Below, piece after piece: positions 38,544-52,400 of a stretch of DNA of 64,000 nt. The DNA lies in NCBI GenBank assembly GCA_016748015.1, contig JAAOMT010000531.1, positions 248,001-312,000 on the forward strand. Reading direction: 5' to 3'. This stretch comes from Geosiphon pyriformis uo1. Its lineage: Eukaryota > Fungi > Glomeromycota. Position numbers and translations under genes: made by a program. How positions within the stretch are numbered: position 1 is the stretch's first letter; each line of letters starts with the position of its first letter. The notes beneath the pieces are model-generated. The model did no database searches. It had not been told where the DNA came from and was given only the letters and a program-made list of their open reading frames with translations.

Positions 38544-39664
38544 ACAATTTCAAGCAATTTAACAATATTATTAAAAAGTAAAAACAAAAAACTATAGATT
38601 TCTGGAGACACAAAACTATTATATGTAATCATATTTATTTTTTTATAATTGCTCTATATTTAGTTTTTACCAGTTATACTTTAGCCCAATAAGCTATTTC
38701 TAAACTTTGTACTAAATTGATAACTTTTTTGCTAACAGTTTTAAGACAGCCAAAAACAAAAACAGCCTTTAAATACTATTTTTGAACACAAAAACTTTGC
38801 ACAAAACAGTATATACAGTATTATTAAAAGCATATAAAGAAAACAATTGTAGAATATAAGATAAAAATAATCTTAAACTTAATACAAAACTTTATTGAAC
38901 CAAATATGAATCAAGTAATTTCTTGTAAATAACAAAATCTATTATACATGTAAAAAAATGATTAAGAAGTTCTACTTTTCCACAATATAGATACAATATA
39001 CTGAAATACTTTTTATTATATAAGTATTTATAAACAGCAACTGTTAAATATTAATACAATGCTTTCATAAAATATAAACATAATCTAGTAATAAATCTAT
39101 TTATAAAACTGAATACCATATGTAAATTGAGATGCCAAACTAATAAAATCTGAATCCAATTTATATTCTTAATTATGTTTTTATTAATAACACTAGAACC
39201 AAGTTCAGCTTTTCAACAAACACAATAAACAGCCCTAAAAATATTATGGGTAAAATGACAAACATTCTTAAACACTACTACTTTACTTACTTTAATGTAT
39301 TTCTTTTTAACAAAAACAAAAAGCACCAAATTTGAACATAAAGCTAAATCAATTAACATGTCAGTTTGTTTATTACTTAAGACATCTAAATGGTCTTTAA
39401 TCTTTGCTCAGAAAATGCTAAGCTTTTTATATCTGATAAAGTTGATAACACAATACTTTTTAAGCCAATAATAATTGCAAATATTTAGAAAAACCATATT
39501 TAATTCTACAATACAAGCATTCAAAGCAGCTTGATTATTTAAATATACTATAATAATACTAAAATTTAGAACATATTTTAAAACCAAAGCAATTATCTAT
39601 AATTTCACCATTGTAAAAAACACCAAACCACTAATTTTAACACTAATACTCTGATTCAAATCAG

Positions 39665-41508
39665 TATTACAAGTAATTATTTAAAATCTTGAAACAAATA
39701 ACAAATTTGTAACTTAGTGCTTAATAATTGTTAATAATAATATTTTTTAAAGATTTTGAAGTCTAAAGATTTTGGTTAAGTTCTTTGTATAATAAACAGA
39801 GATTCAATTACTGGTTTCTTTCTATGAATTTTTTTTAGTGTAATAGTCTGTTTATTCTGGCAGTTATGCTTTTTTGGTAAGCTATCTTTAAGTTTTTCTA
39901 CTTTTGTTTCACAAATTTTTTACCAGACTATTTTTAACATTAATTACTAAGTTTTTAATCTCTTAATCAATTAATAAACAACAAAAAAAAAATAAAAAAT
40001 AAAAAATAAAAAATTAATATCTTGTTAATAATTATTATTATTAGTAGAATTTTAATCATTAATTAGCATAAAATTACTTTTATAATTTTTATCATTAATT
40101 AGCATATATTAATATTATTTCAATTATTACTTATTACTTGATTAAATTATCAAATATTATTATTTAATTAATAATCTAATTTATATAATAGAAATTAAAA
40201 TAATCAAATTACACAATACCTTGAATTATATAATATTTAAGAATTTATCAAAATTTGTAAAAAATTCGCCAAAATAATAAATAATATACCAAAATAATTA
40301 ATAATTCGTCAAAATAACTTGTAATTCATCAAAATATATCTTTAGTTTGCTTAAATTATAGCAAAAAAAAAAGTTCAAGTTTATAGACTAATATTATAAC
40401 AAGTTATATAAAAAAAAACTTATTTCTTTAAAAAAATATATTTTTTCTTAGAATTATCTTATTATAAATATTTTATTTTAGATTTATTCTTATTAGTACA
40501 ATTTAAAATAAAAATATACTTTAAAAACCAATTCTTGAAATTAAAGTACTTGATATTTTCTAAAATCTAACTTATGTTTTGAAGTTAATTAACTATTATT
40601 TTTAATAAACTATTAGTAACTTCAGGCCTAAATAAAAAATAATTTCCTTAATAAAATTTTAATTTTTTTATATTTTTTTATATTTTTTTTATTATAATCA
40701 TTAAAGTAGTCTACAAATAAAATTTCCATAGAAGAGTTGACTTTTATAGCAAAATAACTACACATTTTAGTAAACTTTTAAATAAGCAATTTCTGAAAAA
40801 AAATTAACTTTTATTACAAAATAACTAGTATAAAACTAGTTATTTTACTTATAAACCCAACAGTTCAAATTATAAGAAATAATTTGAAAATAAATTCAGT
40901 TATTAGAGGTTTAACTACTTCTAGAGAATATAAATTTACAACAAACAAACACTAACAACATTCAAAAAAAGAGACCAAAAATCTCTAATAATATTGTAAT
41001 CAAGAGTTATTGGTTTAATATAGTTAAGTAACAGATTTTATTAATATAGATTATTGATAGTGCAAAGTGATTAATATTTTTAATCAAATAATAATAACAT
41101 AAATTAGATAGTAATATATATTTTTATTGATATAAATATGATTTCACTTCAAGTTATAGAATACTATTTTTTAAAAAGAAAAATATTAGATAATTGTTTT
41201 TTTAACTATTGTTCTTGCTAATTGTTTTAAATTATTTTTTCTGTTTCTAACACTTTTGCTATATATACATAATTTATATTATACAAGATTTTTTAAAATT
41301 TTTTAATTTTAAAATTCTGCAATTTTTTGAGTAAAATTTTAAAATTTTAAAATTCTGCAATTTCTTGAGAAAAATTTTGGAATTTTGGAATTTTGAAATT
41401 CTGGAATCTTATAATTCTTTAAAAAAAATTCAGAAATTTCTCTTTTTATTACACTTTTTTTTATTAGTTATCTTTTATTTATTATAATTCTTATTTTTAT
41501 GAATAATA
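39665..41508 (-). mobile_element. Solo LTR family A' (inverted), interrupted by a family B LTR
   Basis: The reverse complement matches the R/U5 half of LTR A and the LTR at 57624-58515. TSD TCAG/TTGG; it splits the RNase H codons F-A-D-L of the host LINE. Confidence 0.82.
40036..40993 (+). mobile_element. Solo LTR family B
   Basis: Aligns to the reverse complement of 17498-18470; TSD TTAT/TTGT. Confidence 0.82.
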
Positions 41509-44500
41509 TTGGCAAAAAAAGCAGCCATATTATATCTTATATTATATGTACTCAAGTTTTTTAAAGACTCATCTGTATAAACATTAATAATATTCAAATT
41601 AGCATCAAAAAGACATTATCTTATTATAAAGAAATTACCAATACCAAAAATATTTAAAAGCCAGAAGTTATCAATAAATGACTGAACAGCAGAATAAAAA
41701 TAAAAATAATTAAGTAATTATATACTAACTTGAACCAAAAAACAACTAAGTCCTTAGAATCAAGTTTTTTTTAACAACAAAAACTTTTTCAATCAAATAC
41801 TAGCCTTTTTTAATCATATAATTGTTTAGCAAAAGCAATATCAAACCTTTTAAATAAACAAAAAACATTGTAAAATGCTATGTTCTCCAAAATAAAAGAC
41901 ATTAAAAAACCACCAAAAAAATAAAATACAAAAAAAAAATTGTTAATAAGAAAAATATTATAATCCAGAAAAATTTTTACCACCCCAGCCAAAAAATTAT
42001 TAACCAAACTAATTCTTAACTTTATAGAACTTTATAACAAATATATGAAAAACCAACTCAAAATTTGCAAATCTAAAGACCTATGATTAAATAAATGGCT
42101 AAGAACTCTACCAATATTTAAAAAACACAATACAAACACTAATTTACTCTTTGTTTGTACTTGTTCAAATGATTTTAAATTATATAAAAATAAATAATAA
42201 AGAGCTTTATTAGATAAATTTTTTAACAAGTCAGCTTTTATTCTCAAACTCTTTTTAATCAGCATATTTTATTTTTTATACACACTTTTAGAAACAAAAC
42301 TAAATTGGATTCTGTAATTGATAATAGATTATAGTACAGCTAAGATTAAATAAAAAAACTGCTTGTCTAAAATAGCTTTTTTTAGGATTGTATTGGTAAA
42401 AACCTGATATTTGAAAAAGTTTTCACTAAACTAGGTCTGAATAAACTTTTAAAAGACAAAAAAATACCAAGATATTTATAAAACTCTTCTCTCTGTGCAA
42501 CAAATATTGGCAAGCTATTTATTAATAATAAAACATTTTTAATTTGTTGGTTAATAAAAATGGCTATTATTTTCTTATTGTTAATTAAAATGTAATTAAT
42601 ATTAAAGAACTTACTTATAATATCCAAAATATTTTGAATAGTAGTCTAATTATTTTCTATCTAAACTGTATTATTAACAAAAGTATTAGCTATTAGATAT
42701 GGAATCAGTCCACTTGTGTTTTCTAGTCTGTTAGTTTTGATAACAAACTTAGTATCAATATGATAACTATATAAGCTTTCATGTTTTTTGACTTTACATA
42801 AGAGAGAATTATAAAAAATTCTTTAAAGCAGAAAAAAAATGATTTTACTTTAGATTTAAACCATCATATACTTGGTACTTATTAATAAACTCATAATTAG
42901 TTATAATTCAATTAACCTTATTATTGTGAATACTACCAAAAAACCTAATAAAATACTTACATATTTTAATTCAAACCAAACTATTTTTTAAAATCAACAG
43001 AATTATAAGTTTTTTATATATCTTATAAAACCAGTCAAAGTTTATGACTCTTTTTTAAAGCATTTTTAAATATTGAGCTCACTACAAAGATAAAAAACTA
43101 AGTAGTAATGCTTTTCAATACAAAAAAATTGTCTTCATAAAGAATATCAAATTTGCTATAAGCCAAAAAATTCTGTTAAAAAGTATCTTAAAAAAAATCT
43201 TCTAAGAAATTTTAATTAAAACAGTCTGGTATTAATCAAAACATCTTTTTATTTATAATAGTTTAAGAATTATTAACACCTAAGCTTTTTTTAAAAGTTG
43301 AGATATAAACTCAAAAATTTAAAAAATTCAAAAGCATAATAAAAACAGAATTATTATAATGCTTTTAAAGTTTATTTGTAATCTCAGACAAACTAGCAGC
43401 CTTTTTATTAGGCAAATTTTTAACTATATGTATTATATTATTGTAATCAATAATACTTATAACATTGAAAAAAGTAATATTATTAACATAAACCAGTAGT
43501 AAATATTAATTATGTTACAGCTTAAAGACATTATTCAATACTAATTTTTTTTTGTTTAACTTTTCATAATTATATCAATCTTAAATTTGATTTTACTAAA
43601 TTCAGAACCAATTCATTATTAAAAACCAAATAATTTAATACTATTTTACAAAAAAAGCATTTTAATACACTCTTGATTATATGATCTTTATTGATAATAA
43701 AGCTTTTTATTTGTTTGTTAATAGTAAATTTAATATATGACTTTTTAGTTTTTAATAATTCAGTCAGTTTGAAAACATGATATAATATTTTTACATTAAA
43801 CAGAACAAATCTTATACAATTTAAGTCAACACTAAAGTCCAATAATCTTTAAATATATAAAGCTTTATTATTGTTTAAAGATATTCAATAACTCATCAAA
43901 AAAACAAACTTATTTTTAAACTCTATATGTAAAAATTTGACAATTTTTAATACTAATAATTTTAGTTTATAAAACTTAAAAAATTCTTTGGTAAAAACAT
44001 CATCAAAATTTTTAAATCATTTTTTTTAAACATCTTATTGGCTAATAAACTCACTATCTTATAAATAACATTTTATATTGCATTTATATCTAAATAATTT
44101 TTAGCCATACCAAACTCATTAAAAAACATTACAGTATTGGCTATTATAACATTTTTAAATCTGTTTTATTTTATATCATTAGTACTTTTAAAATCAAATT
44201 TCCAATAATTTTTATTTACTTATTTATAAAAAAAGATCAAATACATATTTAACAAACCACCCAAATCCACAGAAATAAAAACTGCTTAATAATCAGTATT
44301 AAAGTGCTCTCTAATATCTAGAATGTTCTAATTTACTACTGTATTAATCAAATTTGAGAAAACAAATATAAAATCAATTGTTTTTTTAATACTCTTATAA
44401 TTATTCTATGTTAAGATCTTCACAATTAGACTTTCTACCAAAAAATTAACCAGCTCCATATTAAGACACCTTTTGAAACTAGCATACTTGTAAGAATTAT

Positions 44501-47357
44501 TTTTATTAAAATTATTATTCAAGATCACAAATAAGATTTTGTTTATAGTCTTAGCAATTAGTAAATTTATTTTTTCAGTTCGAGCCAAACATGTTGCCAA
44601 AATGGCATTAACATACAGTCTTAAAATCAAAACAAAAAGTTTATTTTTAAAAAGCAGCTTTATAAACAAAAGTCTATCAACAATCTTAAATACTTTGTAC
44701 ACATGTTTTGCCAAACTAATATTTATAATAACTACAACACTAAAATCCAAATGACTAAACTTTAAACCAGAAATAAATATTTAAACACTTTTAGACTTAT
44801 ATACAATTTACAAATAAACTTTTTCTTTTAATTTTGTCTTAGTAATAATAAAAATAAAATTGTTTATTTTTTTATGCCAACAAATAATATTTTTTTGCTT
44901 AGCAGAATTGTTTATACTTTTAACATTATACATAGCAATTTTCCAAATCAAATTGTTCATTATTAGAGAGAAGTGTTTAAACTTAAATTTTCATTATTTA
45001 TTTTGGTCAGCAAATCTATAATTATAATTGTTAAATTGTTTATTTTATCCTCAAATTTCTTAACAATTAATTAATCTAAAGACTTTGTTTTTACAATGGT
45101 CTTATCACTAATAGCTGCACCCAAACTTTCACTCATTACTATATCTGTCTTTTAATTTTGTAATAAAGAAGTTATCAATAGTTGATATCCAGAATTAGGC
45201 TAAAAAATTATTGGTCTAAGTGCATTTAACCTCTTAGCCAGCTTATTAACTTGTTCTATAAAGCTGGTAAAACTGTATTCAAAAGTAGCAAACCTATTAT
45301 TTATATCTTTAAACATAAGCAGAAGAGGCTTTACTTTCGAAAAAAAAGCCATAAATTGCTGAATTATTTTATATAAGAAGAGAAAGGAAAAAAAATTTTC
45401 CAAAAATCTTAGGTTAAAAAATACTACCAAAAAAAACAAAACATATAATAAATATTAAGCATTTGACATAGATGGTGACCAATCTGGTTTTATTTTTTTT
45501 TGACAAAACTTTATAAAACAAATTACCAAAAGAAGCTTTTTTACACATAGTACAGTTTAATAATATATAGCCTAAATTTCCATACTTTATACACTTGGCA
45601 AATTCTAAATAAAACCAATACAGATTAATGTTTCTTAATGCTAGTGTGGTTTTCATAATAGTATCTAATAACTTAACAAAGTTAAAACAAACTATAGCAC
45701 ATCTAATTTGGACATATGTAATTAAATAATAATCTATTATACATGTTTTTTTACTCACAGATTCAATAAAGTCTCAGATATTATGAGTATTTGTTTCTAT
45801 CAATAATATATAGAACAATACTTTATTACAATTTCTTGTATTTTATGTTTTTTGTCTATATTGGCTCTAGCAATATGCATAGTATTTTTTCTGATTAAAA
45901 TAGATCATTTTGCTATGATTAAAACAGTTTAATCTAATTAATCAAATTTAATTACAGCTTTTTACTACAATTTTATTAATTGTATTTTAATTGACTTAAT
46001 AATGCCAAATTCAGAATGCACAGCCTTAGCTGACATCTCAATTGGAATTTTTTTTACTACTACAGTCTAATTTAAACATACTGCTAATTTTTTGAGATTA
46101 ATATTTATCAAGATTTTTATATTCCTAGTCTTTTCAGATGTCTGTTCTAAGCTTAATTTAAAAGTAAATGTTATTTTAATGATTCCAGCAAATTTAAAAA
46201 GAGTAAATACTCTCCAAAACTATTGATTTTAAAAAACAATTTTCTAACTATTATGAGTTTATTTTAAGAAAACTTTTTAACAATATTATTTAAGTTAATA
46301 TTTAAAACAAATAATTTTTTAACAAGAATGTCAACCAGATTTTTTAGAAAATGAAAAAGAGTTGATAAAATATTTAACAAGACATTATTTTTATTATTAT
46401 TTAAGAAATTAATCTTTCTCAAAAATATTTTTAATGCTTTTTTAGTTTTTACTTATAGATTTTTTGGCATTTGGTTAAAGTTTTTCTTATTAGAAGTATT
46501 TTTTTTTATAATCAACACTGGTTATTTTCACCAAATACTTTTTTTCTATGTTAACATTATTGGATTCAGTAGTATTACCAGTTTCAAAGTCTCAAGAGTG
46601 ACCACTTAAAGCTTTAGTAGAAGTTATCTTGTCATTAATACTGTTTTCTAAAACACTGTCTCTTTTTTTTTTAAAAAAAATTTGTTTGCTATTACTGCCA
46701 AAGTTAAAATTCTTAATAGACTTCTTTATAATAGTTATACTATAATTAATAATAATCTTATAATTAAGCAAAAAAAGTTTGGATTTATTATATTGAATAA
46801 TTAAAAACTTTTTTTCAATAAATATACTCTTTAGTAAAATTTTAAATATAAAAAAATTTTGTATTCTTAGACATACATATACTATCAGCTTTTAAAAAAA
46901 AGTTAAAATTATAATTAAAAGCACTAAATTCATAAATAATATATTACTAGCCAATATATTAGCTTTAATATTTTCAAAAACACCAGAATAGTCTTTGATT
47001 TTGAATCAAGATACAAACAGATTTTTTTATTAACTATTTTTATAATGTGTTAATGTTTTATTTAATAATAATTACAAAAATCAAGTAATATTAAAACCAG
47101 CTTTAAAGAATAAATATTCCGAGCTGCTTAATTGTTTAAGAATATTATAACTATATAAAAATAAAAAATACACTTCAAAATCAAAACAATAGTTTGTAAC
47201 TTGGCCAAAGTAGATAACATTAAACCAAAAACTCTAATCCTAATATTGAAATCCAAATTATTAAAAAATACTATAATATTAAATCTCATGTCTATTAAAC
47301 TTAAACTCTTTAAAAAATTATTAATATAGATAAAAAACAAAAAAAATCAGTTTTTAG

Positions 47358-48328
47358 TATTACTAATAGATATTAAAAATATTATTTAGCATAAAATTAT
47401 TTTTATAATTTCTATTATTAATTAGTATATATTATTATTTTAATTTATTATTTATTATTTTATTAAATTGCCTAAATTATAATCTAATTTGTATAATACA
47501 CAAATTGTAATGATTAGATTACACAAATACTCTAAACTATATAATATTCAAAAATTTATTAAAATTTGTAAAAATTCATTAAAATAATTAATAATTTACT
47601 AAAATACTAAATAAATTGTAAAAATAACTTGTAGTTTACCAAAAATATATCTTTAATTTGGCAAAATAATAACAAAAAAAAAATACAAGTTCATAGATTA
47701 ATATTATAACAAGTTGTATAAAAAAAAACTTCTTTTTTTTAAAAAAAATGTATTTTAACTAAAGTTATTTTTATTAAAAATATTTTTTTTAGTATATATA
47801 AATTATTCCAAAAAAACTACATTTAAAACAACAAATTTATAATTATTTTACTTGAAATTCTTCGAATTTTAACTAATGTTTTAAAATTGATTAGCTATTA
47901 ATTTCAGTAATTTATTAGTAATTTTAGGTCTAAACAGAAGACAATTCTCTAAAACAAAGTTTTTTTTCTTTTATATTTTTATATTTATTTATTTATTTAT
48001 TTTTTTAAAAAAAAACCACATATTAGAATAGTTTACAGACAAGATTTCTGTAGAAAAGTTGACTTTTATAGCAAAATAACTACACATTTTTAATAAGTTT
48101 TCAAATAAGTATTTTTTAAAAAAAAGTTAACTTTTATTACAAAATAACTATATAAATAACTAATACAGAATTGGTCATTCTATTTATAGGTCTAATAGTT
48201 CAAATTATAAAAAATAATTTAAAAATAAATTCAATTATTAAAAATTTAATAGCTTCTAATAATTAAAAATTAATAACAAAAGCAACAACAATAACATTCA
48301 AGAAAAAGACCAAAAATCTTTAATAATA
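47358..48328 (+). mobile_element. Solo LTR family B
   Basis: Aligns to 40036-40993; exact TSD TTAG; inserted in LINE RNase H region. Confidence 0.82.
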
Positions 48329-49433
48329 TTAGCAATTTATTACACACTTAATAAAACTCATTAAAATACAACACATTTAAAAACTGAGTATCTTTTATAG
48401 AAAAAAAAATACAATAATCAAATAAGGCATATAAATATATTATTGTTAATACAAATTATATAGAAACTAAATTATGAAAATCAAGTTTTTTTCAATGTTA
48501 AAAACTTTTTTAATCAAGAATTCTACTATTTTTACCACATAATTGTTTAATAAAAGCAATGTTAAAATATTTAAATAAGTAATAAATCTTAAAAAAAACA
48601 GAATTATCAAGAATTAAAAACATAAAAGTACTCTTAAAAAATTGAACTGTTAAAAACAAAATTCTGTTCAAAAACAAATTATAACTACAAAAAATTCTAA
48701 CCAAACCAGCCAAAAAATTGTTAATTGAACTAATATTAAGATGAATTAAAAACAACAAAAAATAGCAAAAAAACCAATTTAATACTTAAAGATTTAAAAT
48801 TTTATGATTAAACAGCCAATTCACAATACTATCAGTATTTAAAAAACTTAAAATAGAAATCGACTTGTATTTTGTCTTTATCTATTCAAAAAATTTCAAG
48901 TTATATAAAAAGAGATAATACAATATATTATTAAAAAAGTTTAAAAACAAATCATTCTTAAATTTTAAACTTTTTTGAACCAAAATGTTTTACTTATTAC
49001 ATATACTAATTAAAACAAAGTTAAACTAAATTTTATAATTGATAATAATATACAAATCATTAAAATCAAATAAAAAAATTGTTTATTTATGATAATTTTT
49101 TTTAAAATTTTGCCAATAAAAAACCTAATATTTAAATAAGTTTTGGCCAAATTTGGCTTTAACAATTTATCTGTAAACATAAAAATACTTAAATATTTAT
49201 AGACTTTTTTTTTGGTAATTAAAATAGACAAATTACAAATTATCAAAAAAAAAATATCAATTCTATAATTAAAAAGAATAATTACTGTTTTATTATTATT
49301 TTTATTATTATTATTATTTAACGAGTAAGGTCCACATACAACCTAGCACTATACATCAAAGAAATGATCTAAACTAGGTGTGAATCATGCACTTTTTACA
49401 CGTGACCAGCCACTTGGGCCAGTCAAGACAACA

Positions 49434-52400
49434 CTACGCAACTATATAAACAGAAGCTGAATCACCAATGCCGAAAAAAAACATACAAGACTTGCGAAAA
49501 CCAAAATGCACACCAAAAGCTTCATCAATACCAAGCAAATCAACCACACTAGTGGAAAGCCATGAAGTCAAACCAGAGACCGAAGTAGGAGACAAACCAT
49601 GCAAAGAAATCAGTCTGTGCTTTTCCATATAGGCACAGTGTTTGGTCCGAACCAACCAAATCTCATCTCTAAAAGCGAGGCCAAGAGAATACACAAAATT
49701 AACAATCTCCAAACATGCCACCTTGGGATTATGGAAGACAGAGACAGCTTCACCAAACCATTAATCAAAAACAAAACCCTTATGGAGGGCCATGGATACT
49801 GAGGACCCTGAAACACAAGACAACAACAACTGCAACAAAACCGAAGAAGAGACAAAAGAACCAGAAAGTGTTTTCCAAGTGTTTATGTGAGAATTCAACA
49901 ACCGACGCCAAGCAGAATCATTGACCTTACAAGAAAAAACATGATCCAACATCTCTACATTACCACAATATAGACACAACACACTGGGATAAAGTCTATT
50001 ATAAAGCCATTTTCGAACAGCCACAGGCAACCAATGATGCAAAGCCTTTATAAAATAAGAGCGCGCATTAGCCGAAATCTTGCTAGTGAAACCAGTGGCC
50101 ATATGTAAATCAGGATGCCACACCAAAGAAAAACGGGACCAATCAACACCAGCACACAAGTCGACAGGCAAAAATTTAGAACCAGATCCCACCTCCTAAT
50201 GCACATGACACATGGCATGAAAAGTGTCACGGACGAAGTGCCTTGAATTGCCAGAGACAATGTTGCCATCAGCCATCAAAAAGTGTTCATTCAGGCAAGA
50301 AGGAAAAAACCAGTCAGAAACAGAAACAGTACCGGCAATTACATCAGCATGCTCGTTTCCCAAAATCCCAGAATGACCTTTGACTTTGTGCCAGGTAACT
50401 TTTAGGCCCTTACTGTATATGATGTTGGCAATGTGCTGACGCTCAACCCAACACCAATTACGGAAATCAAGAACCACCAAACCCAATTCTGATTTGCAAG
50501 CATCCAAAGCAGACTGACTATCCGAAAATAAATGTACATTACTAAAAACAGGAACACACTCGAGAGCCAATGCAATTGTCTGTAACTTAGCCATGATAGA
50601 TGACATCAACCCAGACATGCCAACACCCAAACCCATACCAATGTCCTCAAAAAAAGCCACAGCACTCACTTCACAGCCAACTGTATCCAAATTTCTCAAT
50701 GACCCATCAATGTAGACTGATAGCACCCTTGCATTGACTTGCGAAAGACGATCGCAGACAGACACAAAACCAGAGGAACCCAGAATGTTCAAGAGACCAA
50801 TATTAGCAAGAATAGGGATGCAGGCAGAAGAGAAATCTTCTTCAGTAAGAAACACAGCAGAAAGTCTAAACCACTCAAGAATAGGGCCATAGGGGTCCAG
50901 TTTCTTCCATTGCTTAAATGTGGACCAATCAAAAACAGTACCATAACGATCATGAAGTTGGTCTACAAAGGCCACACCATACTACCGAAGTGAGGGGAGA
51001 CACCTAAAGAAAACTGATTCACCCAAAACAGTCGACATGGGCATCCCACTATCGGCACGAAAGGAATTGGGAAAGGATCCATCCAAAGACAATTTGCAAT
51101 TATAAAGCACACAAACCAAACCCGCCAAAAAATTATTAAAGGCGCTAACACGAATGCGAACAGAAGAACTCAACGAATGAATAGGATGTCAACATAAAAC
51201 CTGCAGGTCATGAGACCTATGAGAGAACAAACGTCCCACAATCCCACCAGAGTTGGCAAAATTAATAAGAGAAGCAACCTTGCCTTTAGACTGAATTTGC
51301 AGAAAAGATCTTAAACCATAAAAGAAGGGGTGGTGAATCGAATCACTAGAAAAATCGAGCAGAAGTCCAGATTTAAGCTTCAGGCCCTTACAAATTATAG
51401 CATCCCACTTGTTGTAAATGCCTATAGGAACAAAGCTAAATTGTGTCCTATAGCTAATTATAGGTTGGAGAACCACTGAAACCAAATATAAAAACTGCTT
51501 ATCTGAGATAGCCTTTTTAAGAACCAAATTTGTAAAAAAATGAATGTCTGAATGCACCTTAGCTAAACTGGGTTTGGAAAGGCCTTCAGTTGACAGAAAT
51601 ATGCCCAGATACTGATGGGATTCACCCTTTTTGGCAACAGAGATAGGGGAACCACTAATGAAAAGAGTGGGATTTCCAACTTTACAATTGATAGGAATAG
51701 CTACTGTCTTGTCATTGTTTATTGAGATGTCATTAATCCAAAAAAACTTGCTAACAATGTCCAAAATGTGTTAAATTGCAGTCTGATTACTGCCAACCCA
51801 AATTGTATCATCAACAAAGGCGCCAGTGGCAAAATAGGAAGAAAGCCCAGCTTGCAATTTGACACAACCACTCTTGGAAACAAAATGAGAAATTAGCCTA
51901 TATTCACAAACACTCTTCTGACACTTGACTTTGCACAAAAGAGGATCATAAAAAATGTGCCACAGAAGGGGAGAAAAAACCTCTCCTTGATCTAAACCAT
52001 CATGGACATGATAACCATCTGTCAAACCAAAATCTGTCATGACTCGATTAGTGCAACCTCTGTGAATGCCGCCAAAAAACCGAATAAACTTGTCACACAT
52101 TTTAATTCTGACCAAACATTTCTCCAAATGCTCCCAGCCAACTGAATCATACACCTTCCTCATATCCTGCAAGACCAGCCAAAGCTTTCTGTTCTTTTCC
52201 AGGGCATCTTTAACAACTGAACCAACTGCAAAAATGGGGGACTGTGTTATCATACCTTTCAAAACTGAAAAATTGTCACCACAAAGGACATCATGAGTAC
52301 TGCATGCTGAAGAAATCCTGTCTGAGAGTATTTTGGAGAGAATCTTGCGAGCTGTCTCAATCAGTACAATAAGACGAGTATTTGTAAGAACACCCTCCCA

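Larger units (their letters stand above)
28307..46856 (-). mobile_element. Full-length degenerate LINE interrupted by the Gypsy element and two solo LTRs
   Basis: 12-bp TSD TTTTGTATTCTT (28295-28306 / 46857-46868). 3'UTR at 28320-28440, then RNase H, RT (41810-42627), APE (44406-44750), ORF2 ATG at 44960 and ORF1 to ~46730. Confidence 0.85.
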
